Shown: piece by piece, positions 25,123 through 39,275 of the stretch
Layout: each line of letters begins with the position of its first letter
Numbering within the stretch: the stretch's first letter is position 1
Assembly (NCBI RefSeq): GCF_041956535.1
Contig: NW_027192217.1
Coordinates: 54,196-118,195 of the forward strand
Direction of reading: 5' to 3'
Length of the DNA: 64,000 bases
Origin: Calcarisporiella thermophila CBS 279.70
Taxonomy: Eukaryota > Fungi > Calcarisporiellomycota
Translations under genes and position numbers: made by a program
Notes under the pieces: model-generated
Database searches by the model: none
What the model was told of the DNA's origin: nothing
Seen by the model: the letters and a program-made list of their open reading frames with translations, nothing else

Positions 25123-25964
25123 TTAGGCCAGGTTGGGGCATTCCCGTGAAATGTGACCCTCCTGCTGGCACTTGTAGCACGTCTTGGCTATTGAGGACGG
25201 AGTAAAAAGGAAAAGCACTCTTTAGTACCACTCTTCACGCTAGAGGAAAAGCATATTTACCTTGCTGTGGGTTGGGGCACTCGCGAGAAATGTGACCAAA
25301 GTTGCCGCAGTTGTAGCATTTGGAGCCTTGGTTGCAGTCCTTGCTCATGTGTCCCATCCGACCGCAGGTGTAGCATTGCATCGGGCGGCCATGAGAGCCA
25401 CCACCTTGAGGGCAGTTTCTGCTGATGTGGCCAGCATTGCCGCACTGGGTCCATAAATCAGTTAGGCATGATAGACCCAGCGGAAAAATAAAGTATCTCA
25501 ATCCTCTTACCTTGTAGCAAGTCTGTGCTCCATTCTCCTGGGTGGCATTGGGGCATTCGCGAGATAGATGGCCGGTTTCATTGCATTTGTAGCAGGTCTT
25601 CTCGGCACGGGGGTTGGTGCAATCCTTGCTCACATGGCCCTGCTGGTTGCAGTTGTAGCTACGAAAATACATCCAAAAATCAATATCCGAGTAGCCTCCT
25701 GATGATTCAGACAACTTCAACGTACCATACTGGAGAGCCTTTGGTGCAGTCGCGGGCTTGATGGCCGGCTACAGAAGGAAAAACAAAAATTCACATTAAC
25801 TCCCCAAACACATCAATCACTCCCTCTTTTGACGATCAACGCCCTTCATCTTCCCCCCATCAGTAATGGAGAGATCGAATGGTGATCGGAGCAAGATGAG
25901 TAAATGATTAGAACAATGATTTACGTTCACCACAGTTATAGCAGGGGCGGGGGCGATACGACAT
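25123..25964 (-). CDS. GIS2: CCHC zinc-knuckle nucleic acid-binding protein (CNBP/Gis2/Byr3)
   Basis: Seven CX2CX4HX4C knuckles (CYNCGE.GH, CYKCNETGHLSREC and others) across 5 exons. Confidence 0.9.
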
Positions 25965-26192
25965 GGCTTTTATTAAATTATTTTTTTTTTCAAAAAAGTA
26001 AATAAGGAATGAGAGATACGATGGCGAGATTCATAAAAATTATGCAAAAGTAAACATTTGCTCTCTAGATCTTGATTCGTTCGCCATCTCCTCGTGTTCA
26101 TGGCGCAGCAAGAGTTAGAATATGAATCCAAGAGAGATAGATATTCCACTCCATCTTTTCCATTCCGTGACCCATTGACTACCTATCAAGTG

Positions 26193-27321
<1,129 letters not shown>

Positions 27322-28526
27322 TTTCCTTTTTTTTTAATTACTTTTTTTTTCGCGTTAATAAAATTAAAAATCCTAATTCTCTTTATCTTTTTGAAGTTGT
27401 TTTTTTTTGGTCGAGCGTTTCCTTTTTTTTAATCAGAAAAGGAGCGCGGGTTCTTTTTTTTTGTATTCTTATGAGATTGACACCTTTAACATTTCTTTTT
27501 TGATAACCTTCCATTTTGATATTGCTACCTCTTTTCTTCCCTCATTCCTTGAATAGACTATCGCTATAGTAAACACATAACCTTCATTATTCACGTTTAA
27601 TAAATTTATCTATATATCTATTCCTGGATGAAAGTCCTCTCACCTCAGGAGCCTTATACAACACGTGGACATTTGTGTCGGAAAAGTAGTAGTAGCAAAC
27701 AAGAGATAGACTAGTACAGAGTAGCTCTCACAAATGAGCGATTTTTCGTATTGATTCATTGATTTCTCCATTCATAACTGCGCATGGTCTGGCCGATTCA
27801 GACAGCACGAAGTTGGCCTTACCGCTGAGGGATTTAATTTAGCGAAAAAAAAAAACATGTGCAACATTTTCAATTATTATACAACACAAGGTCCCCTATG
27901 CATGAGCGCCTGCAGAACCAAGTCTGAGTCTTTTAATAGAATACTAGAACACAACTAAAACCAACTGGGATCAAGAGTGATCGCAAAGTTGACCTCCCAA
28001 ATAACACAGCAAGTTTCAGGATTAGTCAACGTTGGAGAATGATTTATGCTTTGAGTGTCATTGGACTAGTGGGGTCGAGAGGATGATTTGTTTGATACTT
28101 GATAGCTGCGCTCGATCAGAATGGCAAATCCCTGATTTATCGCAATGCTTGGGGGCAAATGAACTTGGATTCATCTGCTTGAAATATCTCCTTCCATTGT
28201 GGACGATTTCGTTCTTTTGCCAATATCTTTTTTTATGCAAAGTAACGATAATCCTACCGAGTCTGTTGGCCTTTCTCCTGTTGTTGCATAAGCTTGCCAT
28301 GCAAGGAATATCCATCCTGACGAGCCTCTGCATCCACTACTCTTTTTTAGACTCGATTAATAATTGTCTCTGCCATCGACTGGAACCAATGCACAAGACA
28401 TCTTTCAGACGCGCAAGCCGTAAACTACCTAACAGCCGATTTGTGAATTACCAAACAGTGACGCCCCCTGGAAATTTATTTCCTCTTGTCACTTAAACGA
28501 TGAGGTCTTTGATTGAAACGTCACCT

Positions 28527-28582
28527 ACGCGTAATTCAAAATAATTCGTGACGCGATTTCACAGAAAAAAATTCGCGACGCG
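28527..28582. promoter_or_regulatory. Cluster of MCB/E2F-like G1/S elements upstream of PCNA
   Basis: ACGCGT (28527), ACGCGA (28551), TTCGCGACGCG (28572), all within 150 bp of the PCNA ATG. Confidence 0.65.
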
Positions 28583-28674
28583 GTTTTTGTTTTTCTTTTG
28601 TTTTCTACCATTTCTCCCCAATCAAACCTTCGACTTCATTTTTTTTATCTCAGATCAGATCTACACACACTACC

Positions 28675-29792
<1,118 letters not shown>

Positions 29793-30469
29793 TAAAAGAA
29801 ATCATCCACCTTCTCCCACCCACGCTCTACTCGTGTAAAAAAAGTGATAAGCATACGTGAAATGTGAATAGGCGGAAAGAAAAGAGATGTTCATGGTTAT
29901 TTTTTTTTTCCTCATAGCAACGAGATGTTTTTTAGATAAACTTTTCTTTTCTTATGAATAGAGAGGCTAGGGAAATCATTTTGGAACACAGCGAAATAAT
30001 CAAAGAGAAAATGTGAATTTGTAATAGGGATAAAAAAAGAAAGAGGAAAGAAAATAAAATCTAGAAAAGAAAAGAAAATAATAATATGAGCAGAAAAAGA
30101 AGAGGAAAAAAAAAGTAAAAAAAAAAGTAGAATTCTGAACAATGAAGGAAAAAGGAGAAAGAAAAAGGAAAAAATAGGGTTATGTATAAAACACACACAG
30201 AATAATCGTAAGAAACAGAGGAAAGAGAGCTGCACTGAATGCAATCCAAAAGAGGGGGAAAAAAAAAGGAGAGATATCGCATTTTTAATAAGAGAAAACC
30301 CACAAGATGCCAAAAAGGAAGAAAAAAAACTACCATAGAAAAGAGGAAAATTAAAAATACTAAACTAAAGGAGAAAAAGGAAAAGGAACAGAGAAGCACG
30401 GAGATGAAGGGAGAAGAGCAGGGAAGGGGAAGGGGGATGGAGGGGGGGTGGGGGGGTGAAGACGGGGTT

Positions 30470-32231
30470 CTATCGGCAAGCCCATACTTTAATGGTCTGA
30501 TCTACGCTACCCGTAGCAAGCACTGGACTAGTGGGCGATAGTGCCAAGCAGGCCACAAAGTGGGAATGTGCCTCCAGTGTCTTCATGCATCGGCCCGACT
30601 TCAAATCCCAGATGCGAACCGTCTTGTCGTCGGATGCACTCAAGAGGAATTTGCCGCTCGGGTGGAATACCAGGCCCCGAACCCAGTTGTCATGCCCAAT
30701 AAATGTGTGCAGGCATTGCCCAGTAGCATCCCATAGCTTGATTGTCTTATCACGCGAGCCGGTCACAATGTACTGGCCAGGTGGCTGTTCCTTAACATTT
30801 CCCTAGACATATCACCCAATGTAAATACTAAAAAAAAAGAGACACCCCATCGAACACGATCCATTTCAGCCTACCGTTATTCCAACGAGCTCCCGGATGA
30901 AAGGATATGAGGCAACCGGAGCAAACATCGCGGTTTCAACCACATTCTCATGTCCCCTAAAGTCCATCTTCGTTTCCCCGGTAGTGGTTTCCCAAAGGCG
31001 CGCCGTCTGCAGTCCAAGAAAAAGAAAATCACAAGGAGTTAGTGCGCACAGCCCATAAGGTGCCCCAATATCCATCCCGAACCTGATCGTTTGAACAACT
31101 GATAAGTGACCGGCCATCATCACTCGGACGAACCCATCGCACCCATTCCGCATGACCAGTAAACGTTTTAACACAGTAGCTAAACATAATGCGATAGATA
31201 AGCAATTGCCCACTGTTAGCAAAAGCGAAATCTTATCTGTCTGTGGTAGGAACTTACCCAGAGGCGACCTCCCACATTTTAATCGTCTTATCACGGGAGG
31301 CAGACACTAGCGTGTCACCCGAGGGCAAAAAGCACACAGAGGACACGCTGTGGTCGTGGCCATACAGTGTTTTGATACATTTGTAGTCGGATTGGAGATC
31401 CCACAATTTAATGGTGAGATCGGACGAGCACGATGCTGCAGAAGCCCATGGTTAGTACCAAGGGAATCGGAGCTAGCAGTAAACACTCAAGAAATAATTA
31501 CCCAAAATATTCCCTTTGGGATCGAACGCGACATCCTGAACAGTTTTCGTGTGGCCTTTAAGTGTGCGCTCAAACTCGCCAGTTTCATAGTCCCACACCT
31601 TGATTGTCGTGTCGTCGGATGCGGAAACAAGTAAGCTGAACACGGGGTGGAAGATGAGGCGGGTAATGCTACTGCGATGCCCAGGTAAGACGTACTTCTC
31701 AGGCGGCCGCGGAATCCAATCGGTTGAGCTCGCTGTCCTACGCACAGGAGCATTATCGAGCTCTTCCTGCATCTGTGTTATCTTATTCTCCAATTCCATA
31801 ATCTACGAAATCGATAAAAAAACAACATAAATATGAAGAATGCATGTTAGTAAATCAATGCATTTTCCATTACCTTCTTTTGTAGTCTAATGACAGATGT
31901 CCATTTCTTCTCTAGCAAGCCTGCGTATTTTTGCTTTGGATCCGGAAGGAAATCTTCAATTTGCGTTTCCTCTTTTAGGGTCTCAAAAGAGGAAGAGAAT
32001 CCATTGGCATGTAAGTAGTCTAAAATTGCCTTGTGCCTATCGGATAAGGAAGAGAAAGTACACGTACAAGGATGAAGTTAGCAGAGGGGGAGAAAAGAAA
32101 AATGACATGAAGGTTGAAAGCACGTCAATAGAGCAATGCGCTCTTGATTTAGAAATTTAGTTCCAAGAATGTATTCAGGGGAAGATCACCTACAGTTCAT
32201 CCCGCTGTCTTTCGGAAAGTGTGGAGGCCAT
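30470..32231 (-). CDS. PAC1: Dynein regulator LIS1/NudF/Pac1 (LisH + WD40)
   Basis: [40 protein letters not shown]40 repeats, C-terminal [13 protein letters not shown]. Confidence 0.94.
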
Positions 32232-32883
32232 GGCATGGATTAGGAGTTTTCTTTTTACGCGATGAAGAAAGACAAAAATTACCAAGGTGTAAGTATAAGA
32301 GTGGGATAAGAATAGGGGGGATTAGATGTATTTTGCTTTTCCTTGACGATATTACCTTAGAAAATGTAGAGAGGGCAAGAGTAAAATATCTGCTGCGCCA
32401 TAAGAATTCTTATCCAAAAAATTTTTGAAGCGCGCGAATATCGATTCAACTGCAGGAGAGAGGGTGTTTCATCTAAACATAGCGCAAGAATACATCCGCA
32501 AGATCTTTCTCGATGAAAGGAAATACACCATTTCCGTTAACATGCGTGGCCATAACATATTCAAGTAAATGGGATATACTCTTTGACCACGACTCTAAGA
32601 TTGAATAGAAGCACGAAAGAGTCAAATTCGGAAATTGGCGATAAATTTCACATTTGAAAAGTATATTCGAAAGAACAAACATCTGCAAGTTATATTTTTG
32701 CGTGTTAGTAATTCAAAAAAATTATCCTGCATTTATCTTCTTAAGCTCCTCTTCTCACTTCTCCTCTGCAGTTTGATCAGCGGATTTGTGGTATTCTTAC
32801 GCTAACTACAAATGGAGCTAAAATATTAAAATATAAAAACTCTTCATCTCTCATATTGACGAAACATGATAGCATACACAAAA

Positions 32884-32954
32884 TGCATGGTCCGGGAATC
32901 GAACCCGGGTCTGCCGCGTGGCAGGCGGCAATTATACCACTAAACCAACCATGC
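32884..32954 (-). tRNA. tRNA-Gly(GCC), copy 4
   Basis: Exact reverse complement of copy 1. Confidence 0.97.
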
Positions 32955-34842
32955 TGTTGTGAAAAAGTTGAATAAAAGGAAATACACTAAGCAAAAAATT
33001 TAGCTATCACAAATATCCAAAAATATCATATTGATCAAAAAAAAAAATATCCAAAAATATCACTATACTTTCTGCATATCATTTGATATGCGAAAGAAAA
33101 ATTTTCAATCTACATTTCACTCTCTTACATAACCATTCAAATCAACCAACTCTAGCAAGCTATCTATTTCTTCTCATTTGTAAATCACCAAGGTAGGCTT
33201 GGGACAGTACCCAGGTGATTTTGACTTAGAAGTTACTCTAACTATACAGGATATTTTTCAATAAAAGTTTCCTTTGTTGAAAAAAAAAACTTTACCACCT
33301 TCGAACAAAGAAAAATGGGCTTCACTCTGCCTTCAAACCCAATAGTAGTAAAAGCCACAGAGTGTATTAACACACCTCAACAACATTTCCCAATTCTTCT
33401 TTGCCACTTAGGAGGCACGCCGCACAGAAACATTCAACCCGACGGGAAAGGCACTTCCTGCGTAATGGCTCACCGAAATCAGAAACACTGATGTCCGTAT
33501 ATATTGTTATAACCATTGTTTCATCTTTCATATCCTTCCCATCTTTCCCTCCCCTTGTTCTTCTATAATCTTTTTTCTGTATTCAGTTATTTTATAGGTG
33601 TTTATCTAGTAATCTTGTAATAAAGACTCACAGCTGATCAAAAGTATTTTTTTATAACTATCGCCATTTAACCCGAGATCCATTATCAAGCAGTTTGATC
33701 ACGAACCTCAGCAGGGAGTAAGATTCCAGTGGTGGGCGGCAACGAGACATGACTAGAGAGGAGAATTTTTTGACATTATATTTTCATTTCACTTATCCCA
33801 TTTTATTCCTTTATCTTGACCCCTTTTCATTTCATCGTGGCTCTTCCTTATTTTTATTCTCCTTCTATTCCTTTTCTTTTTCTTTTGTAAACAAGTAGCA
33901 TTACCTAGGTGATTATAACGTATCTTATTAACGTATCTTATTATAAGACATCATTTAAAAATGTTCATTTGTTAAAAACTAAGAGAAATATCGTCGTTGT
34001 CTTTATTTGTCCAGTTTCGAGGTCCATTGCTACCTTACTTCTACGATTTTTACACCATTATTATAAGATAATGAATAATACTAAATTCATCCGATAAATC
34101 ATTACTCACTCACATAGCTAATATATTCTTAGTATACCTGGTATAACTAAATCACCTGTAGCGAAATAACTGGAAAGCAGGCAACAGTCCTTTCAAGGCA
34201 ACTACCTCCGGTAGCCATAATGGATATATATACTTTCTAAGTTAGAAAAAATGTGTCTCTTTCGACATCTAATGATTCTTGTCAATGGTGTGGAGTAACC
34301 AGCTTAGAAAATTAAAGGTAGGAAAAAAAAACAATGAAGGGAGAAGGACGTCTCCTTGGGGTAAGGAGATATTAAGGGAGTATAAGAGAAGGAAAAAGGT
34401 TTAAAAAGATATAAAAAGAAGGCGGTTGGGTAAAAGTCTTGGTGATATATTCGATTGTGTCGTCTTGCCCTTTTTTGGAGGAGATGATCTTTTAAAAATA
34501 TCCTTTTCAATCACTTTTGATAAATGAAAAAAGAAAAAGTAAGAATGACAAGAAAATCATATGGCAAGAAAGATAGTGAATGAAATGCAAATACATGTTT
34601 ATATTTTAAAATCAGTATTAGTACATAAGATGAGAGGGAAGAGGAGCACATACCTATCCTGAATTAATGAACACGAAAGCGACAAAATATTTTGTAAGAG
34701 CTTGAGCGGGCTATAACCAATTACAGGCAGCGGCGATAGGGCATGGAACTGTAAAAAGTGAGAAATTCGGGGATGATAAGTGACGGTAAAAGACATGACA
34801 AGAATAAGATACTAATAATTGAGAATCCAGCCACAGCTGTAC

Positions 34843-34918
34843 TGGTGAGGAGTGTGAAATTTGAACTCACGCCACCTCGATAGAGCCAAGAAGTACTTAC
34901 AATTAGGCTTCTCCCCTC
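34843..34918 (-). pseudogene. tRNA-like element B (degenerate, encoded CCA)
   Basis: Reverse complement GAGGGGA-GAAGCCTAATTGTAAG...GTGGC-GTGAG-TTCAAAT-TTCAC-ACTCCTC-A-CCA; 6 of 7 acceptor pairs; decayed A and B boxes. Confidence 0.55.
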
Positions 34919-35004
34919 TTTCTCCATGTTGTTGGCTGCGTCCTGCGACAAAAAAATTAAAAACATAGGAAGTATAGTGCTCAGAAGGTCACATTTTTCA
35001 TCAA

Positions 35005-35088
35005 GGTGATATGGTCGAGCGGTCTAAGACGTTAGACTCAAGTTCTAATCTGCGTAAGCAGGCGTGGGTTCGAATCCCACTGTCACCA
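35005..35088 (+). tRNA. tRNA-Leu(CAA), intronless
   Basis: GGTGATA...TGTCACC-A; anticodon arm TTAGA-CTCAAGT-TCTAA; long variable arm CTGC-GTAA-GCAG; T-arm GTGGG-TTCGAAT-CCCAC. Confidence 0.95.
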
Positions 35089-35860
35089 AACAATTTCATA
35101 TTTTTTTGAAAATAATATCTGTTAGCTTTTTCTGCTATATTTAACAAAGCTCAGTTTGCAAGAAAGATTATGTAGTTTACAATATAACACAGCATATTAA
35201 GTTTTGTGATTAGTCAATATTATTTAGGATATAGAAAATGAAAAGCAAATAAGGGTGTGGTGCACTTAATTTGAGGGGAAAAAAAGTATAAGCAAACTTT
35301 TTGGTCATCTCCGATATGCTTGAAGGGATTTATGAGATAATATTTAGGCGAGAAGGTTATTTAAGAGAAGAATCTTTATTAAGGCATCCTTTTCAAAAAA
35401 CGGAATCAAATTCAGAAAAATTTAAAGGAAAAATAACAAAGTAATGTCAATAGTAAATTATAAAGGATATAATTACATGGTAAATGAAATACCAATATTT
35501 TCTATATATTTATAGGCCACATTAGTATAGAGGATGAGAGAGGAGATATTAATGTGATATTTGTGATAGTTATTTTAATTTTAATATTGTAAATATATTA
35601 TTCTTTACTCAATATAATAATAAAAAGGATAGTTAATTTAATTGGATAACACGACTCCTGAGTGTTTAAGTGTTTTTTTTTTTTTGAGTATTAAAGGATC
35701 TTTTATTGAAAAGTCTCCTATACAAGTTAAATGAAAGGATTGTACAGTCCTAATTTCGCATGTAATTGCTTATTTTCTAATATCTTGATATCTATCGAAT
35801 TCTTAACGAAGTAGCATATAGCTCGATTCCTAGAGTATGTCCCGGACACATCTCTAATAT

Positions 35861-35941
35861 TGATGCCGTCACCGGGAATCGAACCCAGCACACAATGGTG
35901 AAGCTCCGGGGCTCTTAACCATTGTGCAATCCAAGGACGGT
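35861..35941 (-). pseudogene. tRNA-like element C
   Basis: Reverse complement ACCGTCC...GCACAATGGTT...CTGGG-TTCGATT-CCCGG-TGACGGC-A-TCA; internal inverted repeat CACAATGGT/ACCATTGTG in place of normal D and anticodon arms. Confidence 0.55.
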
Positions 35942-36106
35942 TCTGAGTGACTGCCTATGTGACTGCTTAACATTCTTCTAATATAAAAATCAATTTTCTC
36001 TCAACAAAATTGTTACAGGCAAAGGGAGATTTCGTGGAGAGCTGTGCGGATTCCTTAATAATAAAAATAAGAGATTGATGTTTTAATAAAAGACTAATAA
36101 TAAAAC

Positions 36107-36155
<49 letters not shown>

Positions 36156-36510
36156 NNNNNNNNNNNNNNNNNNNNNNNNNNNNNNNNNNNNNNNNNNNNN
36201 NNNNNNNNNNNNNNNNNNNNNNNNNNNNNNNNNNNNNNNNNNNNNNNNNNNNNNNNNNNNNNNNNNNNNNNNNNNNNNNNNNNNNNNNNNNNNNNNNNNN
36301 NNNNNNNNNNNNNNNNNNNNNNNNNNNNNNNNNNNNNNNNNNNNNNNNNNNNNNNNNNNNNNNNNNNNNNNNNNNNNNNNNNNNNNNNNNNNNNNNNNNN
36401 NNNNNNNNNNNNNNNNNNNNNNNNNNNNNNNNNNNNNNNNNNNNNNNNNNNNNNNNNNNNNNNNNNNNNNNNNNNNNNNNNNNNNNNNNNNNNNNNNNAA
36501 TAATAATAAT
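36107..36510. repeat. (AAT)n microsatellite spanning an assembly gap (N 36156-36498)
   Basis: AAT repeats on both sides of 343 Ns. Confidence 0.85.
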
Positions 36511-36868
36511 ATAATGAAATAATAGCTTATCCTCACCTTAATAATAAAAATAAGAGATTGGTGAGGAACAGTAAAACAAAATAGAGGGGTTTAAATAGAA
36601 TTAAGAGATAAAGGAAATAGCTCAACTGGTGTTCAAGGATAAACAAAGATAAACCAACAAAATAGCAATCAACCTCAACAAAGTATCAATCAACATCAAT
36701 AAGATAGCCATGAGGGAGTATAAGAGTAACCACGAGGGGTCGGCAACGTAGCGGTAATCAATTCCATTGGCTGCTCTACTTGAAAGATATCGCGCTTTCT
36801 GAATGTCTATGTGACTGCCTCTGTGACTTCCCCGTACAAAAACCAATTATCTCGTAACAAAATCAGAT

Positions 36869-36939
36869 GCATGGTTGGTTTAGTGGTATAATTGCCGCCT
36901 GCCACGCGGCAGACCCGGGTTCGATTCCCGGACCATGCA
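36869..36939 (+). tRNA. tRNA-Gly(GCC), copy 5
   Basis: Identical to copy 1, followed by TTTTT. Confidence 0.97.
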
Positions 36940-37194
36940 TTTTTATTATATTTATTGAATTTTATATTGTTGTTTTCTAAACCACCATTATTTCCATGGT
37001 CATTATCTTCTCTAAAGAATTTTGTTTGGAAAAATTAAATATTATCCTTTACTAACTTTTTTTTAGAAATTATAGAGAGGATATTAGATATTTAAATTAC
37101 TGAACGAATCCTAACTGGTAGTTTTTTTTTAAAATAAATAAATAATTTACCAACTCGAACAATTTCATTAATCTTCGTTAGATGAACACCCAAT

Positions 37195-39275
37195 TCATGG
37201 ATTGGCCTCCATTTTCAACACTTCTGGTTTCTCTTGCTCTGACTCGTAGTTATTGTCAGTTTGTTCTCGTTTAGCGATTAGTTCGCGATCAGCCTTGTAT
37301 TTGTAAAAGTAGCCTTGGATTAAATACCATACGAAGCTGGCGGCGCCTACTCCACTGTACATGAAGTATTTACTTGGACCTTGATGAAAAGATGATATGC
37401 GTTATAATTTGCTTAATTAAAATAATAAAATTTCTCTTATATACCTTTTACAACAGGATTCTGAAGTAGAGAAGCTTCAACTGCCGCCACCACAAGGTCA
37501 CCTAACGAGATAAAAAATAGCCAAAAGGACGTAGATTGCGCCTTGAGGGCACGACCGACCTCTTCGTAACAGAAAAGTAGACCGGTGGGCGAGGTGAAAG
37601 CTTCTGCAAGAGATATTAAAAACCTGTACAGTTAAAGCGAATAAGTAAGCTTTGTGGAATGAGAGAAGATGATTTGTAACATTTTACCATTGAGGGAGTT
37701 GATAGAATATATGAAGACACCCATCGCAAGCGATGACATCACCTTTCGCGTTCAAGGTTGGATTATATCTATCATCCACGGCCATTTGGAGAACTCCCGA
37801 GATAATAAAGCTGGTGATAACAAGGATATATCCAGCTCCCATGCGTCGAAGTGGTGTACATCTAAATCCTCTCCTTTCGATCCAAGGATAGAGTAATCCA
37901 AGTGTCGGCACTAAGATAATAATTAGTACTGAGTTGATCACTTGGAAATTTTCAGAAGATATGCGCACGCTCCCCACTGCATTCTCCATCATCACATATT
38001 GAACTAAGGAATGCAGATCACATTAATAATTAATTAACAAAAGAAATCGAGAAAACTTTAATGGTTTACTTTGCCATTCGGTTGAAAGCTGATTGTATAT
38101 CATCCAGAAGAATATCATGGGAATAATGGCCGAAAGCATAATCCCAAGTTGCCGAGTCTCTTCTACAAAAGGAGCACCAACGACTTCGTCGGAGAAGCTT
38201 AGCCAATTTCTCCTGCGAGCACGCTCCTCGCGAGTGGCCTTGAAATACCGCCAGCCTGCAATGAATGGCACTTTCAATGCTTTCCAGGGAAGAAATTCGC
38301 CAACTGCCGGCACAATGCGGTAGTATCTTCGTCCAAAAATGAACAAAATTGTCACGGCACCGAACACAAGTGCACACATCATGAAAGAGCCAAAGTAACA
38401 CGAGTCGCCAAAGCACTGTACATTGTCCTTGAGAATTGGACTAACGTTCATGGAAATGGTAGCGCCAGCGTTGATGGAGGTGTAAAATACGGTGAAGAAC
38501 CAATCGATACCCTGGCGCTGATTGGGGAGATACTGATCTCCACCGTGGGTTGATACACAAGGCTTGATGCCACCGGTTCCCATAGCAACTATCGAGTAAA
38601 GCAATTCAATATATTAAACGTAATACCAGTAGTAGGCTAAGGGGTAGCATCTTACTCATGACCAGAGGGGCAAAAAGAGCAGCAACGGGGATGTTTGGTG
38701 CTGTGCCGAGAAGACCATTGATCGAGAAAACTGCCAGAAGCACACACCCCAAAAAGTACAAGATTGAAAGATATACAATTGTGTGGTATTTTGCAAGGTA
38801 TGAATCGGAAATTGCCCCACCAATCAAGGGTGTGAAGTACGAAAGCATTGAGAAAGTATGCACAAGCACCTTTGAGTATTCCTTGGAAATCCCAGACCAT
38901 CTTGGAAAGAAGAGGGTAAGCAAAGGTTTGATCCCATAGAAGCAGAATCGCTCCCCGAATTCGTTGGGGACAATGAAATACACAGCCTTTGGAATACGTC
39001 GTGGATTTTTCAGCAGATATTCGTCGATGCGCTGGTTGAGAGCCACCTCAAGCTCGAGCAGTTGGCGGTCTTTCTCCGTTATTTCTTGTCCGGAAAATCG
39101 GTCCTTTGATAGAAATTAGTTAAGTATGTAGAGGTCAGTCATTTGCTATGAAACAGCTTAGGCCTTATAAAATCGGTGGGAATAGCAAGGTATTCTAAGT
39201 GGAGCAGGAGGTCTTTCTTACCTCTGCCAAAATTTCGTACACTGTCCGATTATCTTTATCCCCGCTTTCGGTCAT
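37195..39275 (-). CDS. Proton-dependent oligopeptide transporter (POT/PTR2/SLC15 family), multi-exon
   Basis: ExxERF motif NEFGERFCFYG, GGAISDSYLAKY, GTGGIKPCVSTHGGDQY, FYTSINAG. Confidence 0.92.

Noticed and set aside
27600-28500. Possible small gene between RAB2 and PCNA
   Set aside because: No consistent spliced frame or recognisable motif found by eye; RNA-seq would be needed.
29900-30460. Phe-rich and Lys-rich ORFs
   Set aside because: Low-complexity purine tract in the convergent 3' UTR region of PCNA and LIS1.
35861-35941. Element C as tRNA-Sec (contains CTTCA)
   Set aside because: No paired anticodon stem around TCA, no long variable arm and no Sec-type acceptor/T geometry.
35967-36536. 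189-aa ORF with poly-Ile
   Set aside because: Artefact of the N gap and the (ATT)n repeat.
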